This document shows positions 11,083 to 24,392 of a DNA stretch of 64,000 bases, piece by piece. Each line of letters starts with the position of its first letter. Position 1 is the stretch's first letter. The notes under the pieces are model-generated. The model was given only the letters and a program-made list of their open reading frames with translations, made no database searches and had not been told where the DNA came from. The translations under genes and the position numbers were made by a program. Origin of the DNA: Solobacterium sp. (GTDB lineage: Bacteria > Bacillota_I > Bacilli_A > Erysipelotrichales > Erysipelotrichaceae); the NCBI GenBank assembly GCA_024680365.1, contig JAILCN010000168.1:5802-69801 (forward strand), written 5' to 3'.

Positions 11083-14000
11083 GCGTACGGATATTCACAA
11101 GATCATGGTGATCGGCTCCGGTCCGATCGTGATCGGTCAGGCAGCTGAATTTGACTATGCCGGATCCCAGGCCTGCCAGGCGCTGCGTGAGGAAGGCTAT
11201 GAAGTGATCCTGATCAACTCCAACCCGGCGACGATCATGACAGATACTGCCATTGCCGACCGAGTTTATATCGAACCCCTGACACTGGAATTTGCCAAGC
11301 GTGTCATCTTCAAGGAACGTCCGGATGCGATCCTCGGATCTCTGGGCGGTCAGACCGGTCTGAACCTGGTCGTCGAACTTGACAAAGACGGCATCCTGGA
11401 TGACTTTGGCGTAGAGATCCTTGGTACGGATATTGACGCCATCAACAAGGCAGAAGACCGTGAACTGTTCCGTTCCCTGATGCAGGAGATCGATATGCCG
11501 ATCCCTGAATCCGCGATCGTTCACAGTGTGGAAGGCGCTCTGGAATTTGCTGAGAGAGAAGGATATCCGCTTGTCATCCGTCCTGCATATACGCTCGGCG
11601 GCACCGGCGGCGGCTTTGTCCACAATGAAGATGAACTCAGAAGGATCGTTGACACCGGTCTGAAAATGTCTCCTGTTCATCAGTGTCTGGTCGAAAAATC
11701 GATTGCCGGCTACAAGGAGATCGAATACGAAGTCATGCGTGACGCGAAGAACAACGCGATCGTTATCTGCAACATGGAAAACGTCGATCCGGTCGGTATC
11801 CATACCGGTGACTCGGTCGTTGTCGCACCTGTGCAGACGCTGACAGACCGTGAAAACCAGATGCTCAGAGACGCGTCTCTCAAGATTATCCGTGCCCTGA
11901 AGATCTGCGGCGGCTGCAACGTGCAGCTTGCGCTGGATCCGAAGAGCTTCAATTATTTCGCGATCGAGGTCAACCCGCGTGTTTCCAGATCGTCTGCGCT
12001 CGCTTCCAAAGCAACCGGCTATCCGATCGCCCGGATCAGCGCCAAGCTGGCAGTCGGCCTCTGCCTGGATGAGATCATCAACCCGATCACCGGCACAAGC
12101 TATGCCTGCTTTGAACCGGCGGTCGACTATGTCGTAACAAAATTCCCGCGTCTGCCGTTTGACAAGTTCCCGAACGCAGACCGTCAGCTCGGCACACAGA
12201 TGAAGGCGACCGGTGAAGTCATGTCGATTGGCAGAACATTTGAAGAATCACTGCTGAAGTCGATCCGCTCACTGGAGATCAAGGTCGATCATCTGGAAAA
12301 GGCTGAACTGAGCCGTCTTTCCAAAGATGAGCTGTATCTGAAGATCAAGGCCAGAGACGATGAGCGCTTCTTCGCGATCGCTCAATGGATCCGCAACGGC
12401 TATGACATTGAACCGGTCAGAAAACTGACGAATATCGACAGTCTGTTCCTGAGCCATATCGCAAGGATCGTTGATCTGGAAAAAGAAATGGCAGCTCATC
12501 AGGGTGACCTGGAAGTTCTGAGAAAACTGAAGAAGTTCGGCTTCTCCGACAGCTATATCGCCAGAAACTGGAAGATGGCAGAGATCGATCTGTATAACCT
12601 GGAAAAAGAAAACGGCATTACACCGGTCTATAAGATGGTCGATACCTGTGCCGGTGAATTCCCGTGTGAAACACCATATTTCTACAGCACATACGAAAAA
12701 GAAAACGAATCTGAACCGAGCGACAAAAAGAAGATCATCGTTCTCGGTTCCGGTCCGATCCGCATCGGTCAGGGTGTTGAATTTGACTACGCGACCGTTC
12801 ACTGCATCGAAACACTGCACGCGGAAGGATATGAAGCGATCATCATCAACAACAACCCGGAAACAGTTTCCACTGACTTCTCGATCTCTGACAAACTGTA
12901 TTTCGAACCGCTGACAACAGAAGATGTCATGCACGTTGTTGACCTGGAAAAGCCGATCGGCATCATCGTTCAGTTCGGCGGACAGACAGCGATCAACCTC
13001 GCTGACTCACTTGAAAAACACGGCGTGAAGATCCTCGGCACGACTCTGGATTCCATCAATAAAGCAGAAGACAGACATGAATTCGAAACGATGCTGGATG
13101 AACTGCAGATCCCGCAGCCGGAAGGACAGACAGCTGTAACGGTCGAGAAGGCTCTGGAGATCGCCCGCAAGATCGGCTATCCGGTCCTCGTCAGACCCAG
13201 CTACGTTCTCGGCGGCAGAGCGATGGAGATCGTTCACAACGATGACGAGCTGAAGATCTATATGGCAACAGCGGTCAAGGAGATCAGTCATGATTCTCCG
13301 ATCCTGATCGACAGATACATCTACGGAAAAGAACTCGAGATCGACGCCATTGCTGACGGTGAAAACGTATATATCCCGGGTGTCATGGAACATATCGAGA
13401 GAGCCGGCATTCACTCCGGTGACTCCTTCTCTGTATACCCGCCGCAGAAGATCAGCGAAGAAGTCAAGAATGTCATTATTGACTACGCTGTCCGCATCGG
13501 CAAAGGATTCAAATTCGTTGGTCTGTATAACATCCAGTTCATCGTTGACAGCAATGACAAAGTATATGTGCTGGAAGTCAACCCGAGATCTTCCCGTACT
13601 GTACCGTTCCTTTCCAAGATCACCGGCGTTGCGATGTGCACTGTCGCGACCAAGTGCATCCTCGGTGAAAGCCTTGCTGAACAGGGCTATACAACTGTCT
13701 ACCATCCGGAAAAGGAAGGACATGTCTATGTCAAGGCTCCTGTCTTCTCCTTTGCGAAGCTGCGTTCCGTCGACACCGTTCTCGGTCCGGAAATGAAGTC
13801 CACCGGTGAAGCGCTCGGCGGCGATATCGATCTCGACAAGGCGCTCTATAAGGCGCTGGTCGGCTCCGGCGTGAGGATCCCGCAGTACGGCAACGTTCTG
13901 ATGACGATCGCTGATGCGGACAAGCAGGAAGCACTTGCGCTGGCGAAGCGGTTCTACGCGATCGGCTTCGGCATCTACGCAACATCCGGAACAGCACGTC

Positions 14001-14289
14001 TGTTCACAGAAAACGGACTGTTCGTTCACGCTGTAGAGAAGATCTCACAGGCAGATGAAGGCAGCACCAGCGTTCTCGACATCATCCGTCAGGGCAAGGT
14101 TGCCTTTGTCGTCAACACCATGGACAACAGCAGCCGCACAACGAATCTGGACGGCTTCCTGATCCGCCGTGTATCGGCTGAAAACAATATTTCCTGCATG
14201 ACTTCACTTGACACCGCTCAGGCGCTGCTCAGCGTTCTGGAATCCCAGAGTTTCTCCATGGTCTCCATGAATGAGAAGGGTACCTTCTG

Positions 14290-14290
<1 letters not shown>
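11075..14290 (+). CDS. carB: Carbamoyl-phosphate synthase large subunit
   Basis: [25 protein letters not shown], duplicated ATP-grasp halves, C-terminal MGS domain. Confidence 0.98.
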
Positions 14291-16622
<2,332 letters not shown>

Positions 16623-16636
<14 letters not shown>

Positions 16637-17285
16637 GAGAGATTTTGTAGAGTTCATGCTTTCCTGCGGGGCGCTGAAGTTCGGCGATTTCACGCTCAAG
16701 TCCGGACGCAAGTCACCGTTCTTCATGAACGCAGGCGCCTATGTGACAGGCGGTCAGCTCCATGAGCTTGCCTGCGCGTATGCCAAAGCGATCCATGACA
16801 ATTTCGGCCTTGACTTCGACGTCCTCTTTGGACCGGCATACAAGGGCATTCCGCTTGCGGTAGCGACGGCGATGGCGATCCATGAACTGTATGGCAAAGA
16901 AGTCAGATACTGCTCCAACCGCAAAGAGATCAAAGATCACGGCGACACCGGCATCCTGCTGGGTTCGAAGCTGAAGGACGGCGACCGCGTGATCATGATC
17001 GAAGACGTCACGACTTCCGGAAAATCCATGGAAGAGACAGTACCGATCGTCCGCGCACAGGCAGACGTCAGGATCATCGGCCTGATCGTTTCCCTCAACC
17101 GCAATGAAAAGGGACAGGGCAGCAAGACAGCGCTGAAAGAGATCACGGAACTGTACGGTTTTGAAACGGCAGCGATCGTTTCGATGCCGGAAGTTGTTGA
17201 GATCCTGAAGGAACAGAACCGTCTGGATGACGACACACTGGCAAGGATCAACGCTTATTACGAACAGTACGGCGCAAAAGAGTAA
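16623..17285 (+). CDS. pyrE: Orotate phosphoribosyltransferase
   Basis: FTLKSGRKSP, GPAYKGIP, RKEIKDHG, IEDVTTSG. Confidence 0.96.
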
Positions 17286-17296
17286 ATAACTATTGT

Positions 17297-17342
17297 AGAA
17301 GATGCCGGGATGTGTTATTATCCCATTTGGCATCTTCTTTTT
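17297..17342 (+). terminator. pyr operon terminator overlapping a probable rpsB promoter
   Basis: AGAAGATGCC...GGCATCTTCT plus T-run. TTGTAG (17293)-N17-TATTAT (17316) overlaps it. Confidence 0.7.
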
Positions 17343-17379
17343 ATGTCTTTTTGTGCGCAGAAAGACGAAGATGTACTTC

Positions 17380-17475
17380 TCACACAGCGGATTCACTGTC
17401 CCGTGCATGCGGGGCCTGTAAGCAGGGCGGACGCATGTTGACGGTGTTCGAAACTGTGGCGGAAAACAACGGAAA
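17380..17475 (+). promoter_or_regulatory. Structured rpsB leader (probable S2 autoregulatory RNA)
   Basis: Nested stems CACAG/CTGTG, CACTGTC/GACGGTG, GCATGCG/CGCATGT and CCTG-TAAG-CAGG in the 5' UTR of rpsB. Confidence 0.6.
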
Positions 17476-17491
17476 GTGAGGTAAATAAAAA

Positions 17492-18466
17492 ATGGCTGTT
17501 GTTTCAATGAGGAAAATGCTTGAAAACGGAGTTCATTTCGGACACCAGACACGTAAGTGGAATCCGAAGATGAAACCATTCATCTACACCGCGAAGAACG
17601 GTGTCTACATCATCGATCTGGAAAAGACAACTGAGCAGCTTGAAAAAGCTTACGCAGCAATCAGAAAGATCACTGAGGACGGCGGAAAGATCCTGTTCGT
17701 CGGCACAAAGAAGCAGGCACAGGCTACGATCCTGGAAGAAGCGCTCCGTTCCGGTTCCTTCTATGTCAACCAGAGATGGCTCGGCGGCACACTGACAAAC
17801 TTCCGTACGATCCAGAAGTCCATCAAGACACTTCTCGACATCGAAGAGATGGAAACAAACGGAACGATCAATGTCTATCCGAAGAAAGAACAGTCCCAGC
17901 TTCTGAAGAAGAAGGACAGACTCGACAACTTCCTCGGCGGCATCAAGGAAATGAAGAAGCTCCCGGATGCGCTGTTTGTCGTAGACCCGCTCGAAGAGCA
18001 CAACGCTGTTGCTGAAGCAAGAAAACTGGGTATCCCGGTATTCGCGCTGATCGACACAAACGCAGATCCTGATACAGTCGATTTCCCGATCCCTTCCAAC
18101 GACGATGCAGTCAGATCCGTCAAGCTGATGGTCAGCCTGATCGCAGATGCTGTTGTTGAAGCAAAGGGCGGCGTTCTCGAGAATGCTTACCAGGAGGAAG
18201 AAGAAGCTGACATCACAATGAAGGATGTCATCATCAACGTTGAGCAGCAGGCTGCTGAATACGAGCGCAAGAGAAGACAGAAGTACGAAGAGAGACGTGC
18301 TCAGATGCAGCAGAGACGCTACAACGGCGAGCGCCGCGTCTTCAAGAGAGACGGCAACGGCGGCAAACCGGCTTATGGAAACAACAAGCCTGAGAATAAG
18401 GAAGAAGCACCGGCAGCTGCTGAAGCAGCTCCCGCTGCAGAAGCTGCTAAGGAGGAGAAAGAATAA
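17492..18466 (+). CDS. rpsB: 30S ribosomal protein S2 with charged/Ala-rich C-terminal extension
   Basis: [31 protein letters not shown]. Confidence 0.98.
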   Translation: MAVVSMRKMLENGVHFGHQTRKWNPKMKPFIYTAKNGVYIIDLEKTTEQLEKAYAAIRKITEDGGKILFVGTKKQAQATILEEALRSGSFYVNQRWLGGTLTNFRTIQKSIKTLLDIEEMETNGTINVYPKKEQSQLLKKKDRLDNFLGGIKEMKKLPDALFVVDPLEEHNAVAEARKLGIPVFALIDTNADPDTVDFPIPSNDDAVRSVKLMVSLIADAVVEAKGGVLENAYQEEEEADITMKDVIINVEQQAAEYERKRRQKYEERRAQMQQRRYNGERRVFKRDGNGGKPAYGNNKPENKEEAPAAAEAAPAAEAAKEEKE

Positions 18467-19359
18467 TGGCTGTTACAGCTGCTATGGTTAAAGAACTGCG
18501 CGAAATGACAGGCGCAGGCATGATGGACTGCAAAAAGGCGCTCGTTGCGACAGACGGCGACATGACTAAGGCTGTTGACTGGCTCCGTGAAAAGGGAATT
18601 GCAAAGGCAGTTTCCAAGGGCGGACGCGTCGCTGCTGAAGGTCTGGCAAAGATCATGATCGAAGGCAACAAGGCAGTTCTTGTTGAGATCAACTCCGAAA
18701 CAGACTTCGTTGCAAAGAACGACAAGTTCCTTGCTCTTCTGGACGAAGTATGCAAGACGATCATCGCTTCCGATGCGAAGACACTCGATGATGCACTGGC
18801 TCTGGCTACAGCTGAAGGCACACTGAAAGACACGATCGTCAACGCGATCGCTACGATCGGTGAAAACATCACTCTGAGAAGATTCGAGATCATTGAAAAA
18901 GCTGATGACGAGCTCTTCGGTGCTTATACACACCAGGGCGGCAGCATCATCGCTGTTACAGTCGTCAAGGGCACAGATGATCCGCAGATTGCCAAGAACA
19001 TGGCTATGCAGGTCGCTTCCATGAACCCGACATATATCAGCCGCAATGACATGCCGAAGGATGTCATCGATCACGAGAGATCCGTTCAGGAAGCTATCGT
19101 TGCCGGTGATGAGTCCCTCGCCAGCAAGCCGGACAAGGTCAAGGCTGGAATCGTTGAAGGCCGTGTTTCCAAGTCCCTCCAGGATATGTGCCTGGTCGAT
19201 CAGGAATTCTTCCTGGATACAAACATGAAGTGCGGTGCTTACCTGAAGCAGTTCGGTGCTGAAGTCATCAAGTTTGTCAAGTACAAAGTCGGTGAAGGCA
19301 TCGAAAAGAAGCAGGACGACTTCGCTGCAGAAGTTGCTGCAATGGCACAGGGCAAGTAA
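18466..19359 (+). CDS. tsf: Elongation factor Ts
   Basis: VKELREMTGAGMMDCKKAL, EINSETDFVA. Confidence 0.98.
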   Translation: MAVTAAMVKELREMTGAGMMDCKKALVATDGDMTKAVDWLREKGIAKAVSKGGRVAAEGLAKIMIEGNKAVLVEINSETDFVAKNDKFLALLDEVCKTIIASDAKTLDDALALATAEGTLKDTIVNAIATIGENITLRRFEIIEKADDELFGAYTHQGGSIIAVTVVKGTDDPQIAKNMAMQVASMNPTYISRNDMPKDVIDHERSVQEAIVAGDESLASKPDKVKAGIVEGRVSKSLQDMCLVDQEFFLDTNMKCGAYLKQFGAEVIKFVKYKVGEGIEKKQDDFAAEVAAMAQGK

Positions 19360-19375
19360 TACCTCAGACAAAATG

Positions 19376-19406
19376 AAAAGGCAGTGCGCAGGGCATTGCC
19401 TTTTTT
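19376..19406. terminator. Bidirectional terminator between tsf and the convergent ORF
   Basis: AAAAGGCAGTGC-loop-GCATTGCCTTTTTT. Confidence 0.8.
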
Positions 19407-19977
19407 AGTCGTTCATGTGACGCTTTTTACTGTCATCCGCTGCTTCCAGCAGGGCGTCTTTTTCTGCCAGAGCCATCTTCAGACCGGTGTAGATCCGGTC
19501 GGCTGCTGCAGCTGTGACAGTCTTGAGAGTGCTGTCATCCAGCTTCATGCCGTGCTCCTGCAGCATGTACAGCGGGCCGCCGTCAAGCAGCAGATCCGCG
19601 GTGCAGGACGCCATCGTCCGGAAGTCTTCTTCCGACATGTGGTGGAAGTGCATGGATGAAACAGTCTCTACGATCTCCGAGGGATCCAGAGGAACTTCCT
19701 GCGGGTCCGGAAGAGATTTTGATGAAACGATATTCTTCGTGACGGAAGCGACCATTGCGGCTTTGTCAAAGACATTGCCGAGGATCGCTTTTTTCAGATA
19801 ACGGATGAATTCCTGAACAGAGCTTTCTTTCATCTCATCAGCACCAGGTACAGAACCTGTATGTTTCTGCAGAGGACGGCGTACAAACGTGACTGCCAGT
19901 CCCCGGGAGAGGCTGCGGAGATCTTTGTCTTTCAGGTGGTCCAGGTCAAAGCCGCTGAGCAGATCGATAATTTCCAT
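19405..19977 (-). CDS. Hypothetical protein (190 aa)
   Basis: Good SD (CAGGAG), fills the gap, ends at the terminator. No recognisable motif. Confidence 0.7.
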   Translation of the reverse strand: MEIIDLLSGFDLDHLKDKDLRSLSRGLAVTFVRRPLQKHTGSVPGADEMKESSVQEFIRYLKKAILGNVFDKAAMVASVTKNIVSSKSLPDPQEVPLDPSEIVETVSSMHFHHMSEEDFRTMASCTADLLLDGGPLYMLQEHGMKLDDSTLKTVTAAAADRIYTGLKMALAEKDALLEAADDSKKRHMND

Positions 19978-20013
19978 TTCGTTCTCCTGAAAAACAGCAT
20001 GTGGATCATGCTG

Positions 20014-20268
20014 TTATTTTGCAATGAATTTTCTGTAGAGCCAGACAACGCAGCAGGCGCCGATGACTGAGAAGATCAGGTTGCCGATCAGACCGTTTGC
20101 GCCGATCTGGAGAAGACCTCCGATGATGCCGCCGGCGATCGCGCCGACCAGGCCAAGCACGCAGTTGAATACCATGTTTGAGCTGTCCATATTCATCAGC
20201 TTCGTAGCCATCCATCCGGCTGCCGTGCCGATCAGAAGATCAATTAAGATGTGTACTAAATTAAACAT
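20014..20268 (-). CDS. GlsB/YeaQ/YmgE (transglycosylase-associated) small membrane protein
   Basis: IGTAAGWMA..LGLVGAIAGG..SVIGACCVVW; 84 aa, 3 TM; SD GGAGG. Confidence 0.85.
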   Translation of the reverse strand: MFNLVHILIDLLIGTAAGWMATKLMNMDSSNMVFNCVLGLVGAIAGGIIGGLLQIGANGLIGNLIFSVIGACCVVWLYRKFIAK

Positions 20269-20281
20269 TTGATTACCTCCG

Positions 20282-20298
20282 TGTGAACATTGTTCACA
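20282..20298. promoter_or_regulatory. Palindrome TGTGAACA-T-TGTTCACA, putative operator
   Basis: Perfect 8-1-8 inverted repeat next to the SD of the GlsB-like gene. Confidence 0.5.
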
Positions 20299-20348
20299 AT
20301 ACTATGATAACACTGTTTTGCTAAAAACAAACACAATTTGAACGCCGG

Positions 20349-21230
20349 TCAGTTTTCGATGTCAGCTGTATGTTCCAGTGTTTCCAGAAGGAAACCTTCA
20401 CGGATGCCGGTTTCCGACACATAGATGAGTTTTGCCCGGTAGATGCGGATGATCTCCAGGATCATATGAATGCCGGACAGGAAGACCGGCTGTCTGGCCG
20501 GATCGATCGTTTCCAGGAATGCCTGCATGCAGGCTTCTTCGCCGGCCTGCAGCTTCCGGAAGATATCAAGAAATTTAACTGCCGGGATGATGTTTCCGGT
20601 CCCGTACAGCCTTGTACAGAGCCGGGCTGCCGCTCTGACAGTGCCGCCGATGCCGATCAGTGTATCGGAAGAAACCGCAAGCTCCGGATTCTCTCTGCGG
20701 CACTTTTCTATCATTGCCGCGCATTCCGGCGTATCCAGCGGCAGACGGAACAGGCGCACGCAGCCAAGCGGGAAACTGACTGCGGCCGTGCATTCACCGT
20801 TTTCAAAGGCAATGAGTTCAGTTGAGCCGCCGCCTACATCAAACGCGATGCCTTCACTGATCTCAGGCCAGGAGAGGCGGGATCCTTTAAAATCAAGAGC
20901 AGCTTCACGGGAACCGCTGAGCGGCCAGATCTCAAAGCCGCTTTCGGAAAATGCAGCGACAAGTTCATCCCGGTTCTTTACCCGGCAGGGTTCTGTAATG
21001 CATGCCCAGCAGCTGGTGATGCCGCGCTCTTCGGCGGTTTTCCTGTAGCGCATCAGAACGGCAGATGCTTTCACAATGCCTTCTTCAGACATGATGCCGT
21101 CTTCAACGTAGCTGATCAGATGCACGGGATCTGACTCGTAGTATTTCTGCACAGGCTTTCCATTGCAGATCTCATAGATGATCATGACGATCGTATTTGA
21201 ACCTATGTCACACACTGCATATTCTTTCAT
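20349..21230 (-). CDS. Ppx/GppA-family exopolyphosphatase (short form)
   Basis: CDIGSNT, LSGSREA, FDVGGGSTE, PLGCVRL, GIREG. Start at ATG 21230 after GGAGG. Confidence 0.88.
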   Translation of the reverse strand: MKEYAVCDIGSNTIVMIIYEICNGKPVQKYYESDPVHLISYVEDGIMSEEGIVKASAVLMRYRKTAEERGITSCWACITEPCRVKNRDELVAAFSESGFEIWPLSGSREAALDFKGSRLSWPEISEGIAFDVGGGSTELIAFENGECTAAVSFPLGCVRLFRLPLDTPECAAMIEKCRRENPELAVSSDTLIGIGGTVRAAARLCTRLYGTGNIIPAVKFLDIFRKLQAGEEACMQAFLETIDPARQPVFLSGIHMILEIIRIYRAKLIYVSETGIREGFLLETLEHTADIEN

Positions 21231-21339
21231 GAAGAATACCTCCGGCAATATCATATCCCTGTGTCTTAGAAAAAGGAATGAAAAGTAACAGAGCCTTTGA
21301 TATAATGTTTTATGGAATATTCCTGGAGGGTTGGACATC

Positions 21340-22053
21340 ATGTATAAACGTGTATTGTTAAAACTCAGCGGTGAAGCACTGTCTGGAAAAGAAAAGAACT
21401 TCGATACGGAAGTTCTGCACAGCCTCGCCGAAGAGATCAAAGAGGCAGTCAGCCTCGGTGTCGAGATCGCAGTTGTTGTCGGCGGCGGCAACTTCATCCG
21501 CGGCAAAACACTTGCCGAGATCGGCATGGACCGTGTGCAGGGCGACTATATGGGAATGCTCGCTACGATCATCAATGCGCTGGCGATCCAGGCATCGCTG
21601 GAAGCTGTCGGACTTGAGACGCGCGTACAGACAAGCATTGAGATGAACAAAGTGGCTGAACCGTTTATCCAGAGAAGAGCGATCCGTCATCTGGAAAAAG
21701 GCAGAGTTGTCATCTTCGGCGGCGGGACCGGAAGCCCGTATTTCTCCACCGATACGACAGCGGCGTTAAGAGCCAGCGAGATCAAGGCAGACGTCATCCT
21801 GATGGCGAAGAACGGTGTTGACGGAGTCTATTCCGCTGACCCCAAGAAAGATCCGAATGCAGTGAAATATGATCACCTGACATACATGGATCTTCTGAAC
21901 CAGGGACTGCAGGTCATGGACAGCACGGCAACGAGCATGTGCATGGACAACAACATGGAACTGATGGTATTTAATATGAATGAGACAGGCAATATCGTCA
22001 GAGCAATAAAAGGTGAAAAGATCGGAACGATCATCAACAAGGAGGAATTATAA
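21340..22053 (+). CDS. pyrH: UMP kinase
   Basis: [30 protein letters not shown]. Confidence 0.97.
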   Translation: MYKRVLLKLSGEALSGKEKNFDTEVLHSLAEEIKEAVSLGVEIAVVVGGGNFIRGKTLAEIGMDRVQGDYMGMLATIINALAIQASLEAVGLETRVQTSIEMNKVAEPFIQRRAIRHLEKGRVVIFGGGTGSPYFSTDTTAALRASEIKADVILMAKNGVDGVYSADPKKDPNAVKYDHLTYMDLLNQGLQVMDSTATSMCMDNNMELMVFNMNETGNIVRAIKGEKIGTIINKEEL

Positions 22054-22601
22054 TGGCATACGAAATTGTTGAAAGTACAAAGACAAAGATGGACAAAGCC
22101 GTCGACTGGCTCCAGAGCGAACTGAATACCGTGCGCACAGGCATGGCAAACGTCAAGATGCTTGACAGAGTAAACGTGAACTACTATGGTTCTCCGACAC
22201 CGCTGAACCAGATCGCTGGTATCTCCGTGCAGGAAGGCCGTACGCTGGTGATCAAGCCCTATGACCCGAGCTCCTTAAAGGAGATCGAAAAAGCATGCAA
22301 CCAGGCTGACCTGGGCATCGCACCGAACAACGACGGCGCAGTGATCCGTCTGACAGTTCCGCAGCTGACCGGCGAGACAAGAAAGGAAATGACAAAGAAG
22401 GTTTCCAAGCTTGCTGAGGAAGCAAAGGTACAGGTCAGAAATGTCCGCAGAGACGCAATGACAGTGATCAAGAAGGACGATACAGCTGACGAAGATATCC
22501 AGAAGGATATGCAGAATGAAATCCAGAAGCTGACTGACAAGTTCGTCAAGAAGATCGATGAGATCGCTGACGCGAAAAATGCAGAAGTTCTGAAAGTCTG
22601 A
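22053..22601 (+). CDS. frr: Ribosome recycling factor
   Basis: VRTGMAN, YYGSPTPLNQ, VRNVRRD. Confidence 0.96.
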   Translation: MAYEIVESTKTKMDKAVDWLQSELNTVRTGMANVKMLDRVNVNYYGSPTPLNQIAGISVQEGRTLVIKPYDPSSLKEIEKACNQADLGIAPNNDGAVIRLTVPQLTGETRKEMTKKVSKLAEEAKVQVRNVRRDAMTVIKKDDTADEDIQKDMQNEIQKLTDKFVKKIDEIADAKNAEVLKV

Positions 22602-22626
22602 GGATGCAGGAACAGCATCCTTTTTT
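22601..22626 (+). terminator. Terminator-like hairpin after frr
   Basis: AGGATGC-loop-GCATCCT plus T-run. Confidence 0.7.
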
Positions 22627-22635
22627 CGGTGAGAT

Positions 22636-23673
22636 ATGCCATCAGTAAGACTGGAAGGTATTACAAAAGCATACGGTGGAAAGAAGGCATTGGATCATGT
22701 CTCTTTTACTGCCTCCGGCGGCAGGAGAACAGTGATCATCGGTGCCTCGGGTGCCGGCAAGACAACGATCCTGCGGCTGATCGCCGGATTTGAAGCACCG
22801 GATGAAGGAACGCTGCTGATCGATGAAAAGGACGCTGCCGGGATCTCTCCGTCCGCAAGAGGGATCGGGATGATCTTTCAGGACGGCGCCCTGTTTCCAC
22901 ATTCGACAGTCTTTGAGAATATCTCCTACGGGCTCTACAGGCTAGGCTATCAGAAAGAAGAGATCCGGCGGATGACGGAAGAAACAGCTGAGAAGCTGCA
23001 TATCCGCGATCTGCTGAACAGATATCCGGCTTCGCTTTCGGCCGGCGAAAGACAGCGGACCGGCATTGCCAGGGCACTGGTCAGAAAACCCGGGCTGATG
23101 CTGCTGGATGAACCGTTTGCCAATCTTGACGTCCGGCTGAAGGAAGAACTTCTGCAGGAAATCATTTCCCTGCAGGAGGAAAACGGAATTACAATGATAC
23201 ATGTAACGCATGATCAGAGTGAAGCGCTCGCTGCTGCCGAAAACCTGATCGTGATGGAAGGCGGCAGGATCCTGGATGCCGGCGATCCGGAGCGGATCAT
23301 CAATGATCCGAAAGATCTGAAAGCGGCCATGTTCCTGGGTACGCCTGCTCTGAATATCCTTGCGGCGGAAGTCAGGGACGGCAGACTGCACTGTTTCGGC
23401 AGAACGTTCGCAGTGCCTACCGGCTTTGCCGGACATGTCACGGCGGCAGTCCGTCCGGAACACCTGTATGTGTCTGAGGACGGCATTATGTGCCGCGTTA
23501 CCGGAGTCGTGCAGCGCTTTGCGGACCGGATCCTGGAATGCGAAAGCATGTACGGCGCCATACGGACGCTCTCCGCAGGAAATGAACAGCCGGGCAGCAC
23601 GATCCGCCTGGCATTTGACGAAAAGGACCTGATGCTGTTTGACGCAGCAACGGGAAAGAGGGTCAGAATATGA
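22636..23673 (+). CDS. MalK/PotA-like ABC transporter ATPase (orphan; TOBE-like C-terminus)
   Basis: Walker A GASGAGKT, IFQDGALFPH, LSAGERQR, LLDEP, VTHDQ. Confidence 0.9.
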   Translation: MPSVRLEGITKAYGGKKALDHVSFTASGGRRTVIIGASGAGKTTILRLIAGFEAPDEGTLLIDEKDAAGISPSARGIGMIFQDGALFPHSTVFENISYGLYRLGYQKEEIRRMTEETAEKLHIRDLLNRYPASLSAGERQRTGIARALVRKPGLMLLDEPFANLDVRLKEELLQEIISLQEENGITMIHVTHDQSEALAAAENLIVMEGGRILDAGDPERIINDPKDLKAAMFLGTPALNILAAEVRDGRLHCFGRTFAVPTGFAGHVTAAVRPEHLYVSEDGIMCRVTGVVQRFADRILECESMYGAIRTLSAGNEQPGSTIRLAFDEKDLMLFDAATGKRVRI

Positions 23674-24392
23674 ACGGAATGAATGAGCTGAAAGAATGCA
23701 GACATGTTGCGATCATTATGGACGGCAACGGAAGATGGGCAAAGGCGCAGGGGAAGCCCCGCACAGCCGGACATCTTGCCGGCGCTGACAATGTCAGAAC
23801 GATCGCTATCGCGGCAGACGCACTTGGTGTGAAATACCTGACGCTGTACGCATTTTCAACAGAAAACTGGAAACGGTCTGTTGATGAAGTTGGTTATATC
23901 ATGAAGCTGCCGGCAGTGTTCTTCAGGAAATACATGCAGGAATTCCTGGACAGAGGTTTCCGGATGAATATTATCGGCGAGCTGGACCGGCTTCCCGCAC
24001 CAACAAAGAAAGTGCTGGATGACGCGATGGAAGAGTCCAGAAACAATACCGGCCTCAATCTGAATATCTGCATGAACTACGGTTCACGCAGTGAGATCAC
24101 ACTGGCGGCAAACGCGTATGCAAAAGATGTTCTGGAAGGGAAAGCACCTCTCGGCATCAGTGAAGAGGAATTTGAAAAATACCTGATGACAAAAGACTTT
24201 CCGCCGGTCGATCTTCTGATCAGGACCAGCGGCGAGCTCAGGATCTCAAATTATATGCTCTGGCAGATCGCTTACGCAGAGCTGGAATTCGTTCCTGAAG
24301 CATGGCCGGAGTTTACCCCGGAGGTGCTCAGAAGATGTCTCGAAGAGTATTCAATGAGGGACAGAAGATTCGGAGGTATCAAAAATGTCTAA
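23670..24392 (+). CDS. uppS: Undecaprenyl diphosphate synthase
   Basis: AIIMDGNGRWA, AFSTENWKR, RTSGELRISNY. Confidence 0.96.
   Translation: MNGMNELKECRHVAIIMDGNGRWAKAQGKPRTAGHLAGADNVRTIAIAADALGVKYLTLYAFSTENWKRSVDEVGYIMKLPAVFFRKYMQEFLDRGFRMNIIGELDRLPAPTKKVLDDAMEESRNNTGLNLNICMNYGSRSEITLAANAYAKDVLEGKAPLGISEEEFEKYLMTKDFPPVDLLIRTSGELRISNYMLWQIAYAELEFVPEAWPEFTPEVLRRCLEEYSMRDRRFGGIKNV

Noticed and set aside
20349-21527. 392-aa ORF as given in the track, overlapping pyrH
   Set aside because: The N-terminal ~98 codons are antisense to pyrH and its promoter. The real start is ATG 21230, which has a GGAGG SD.
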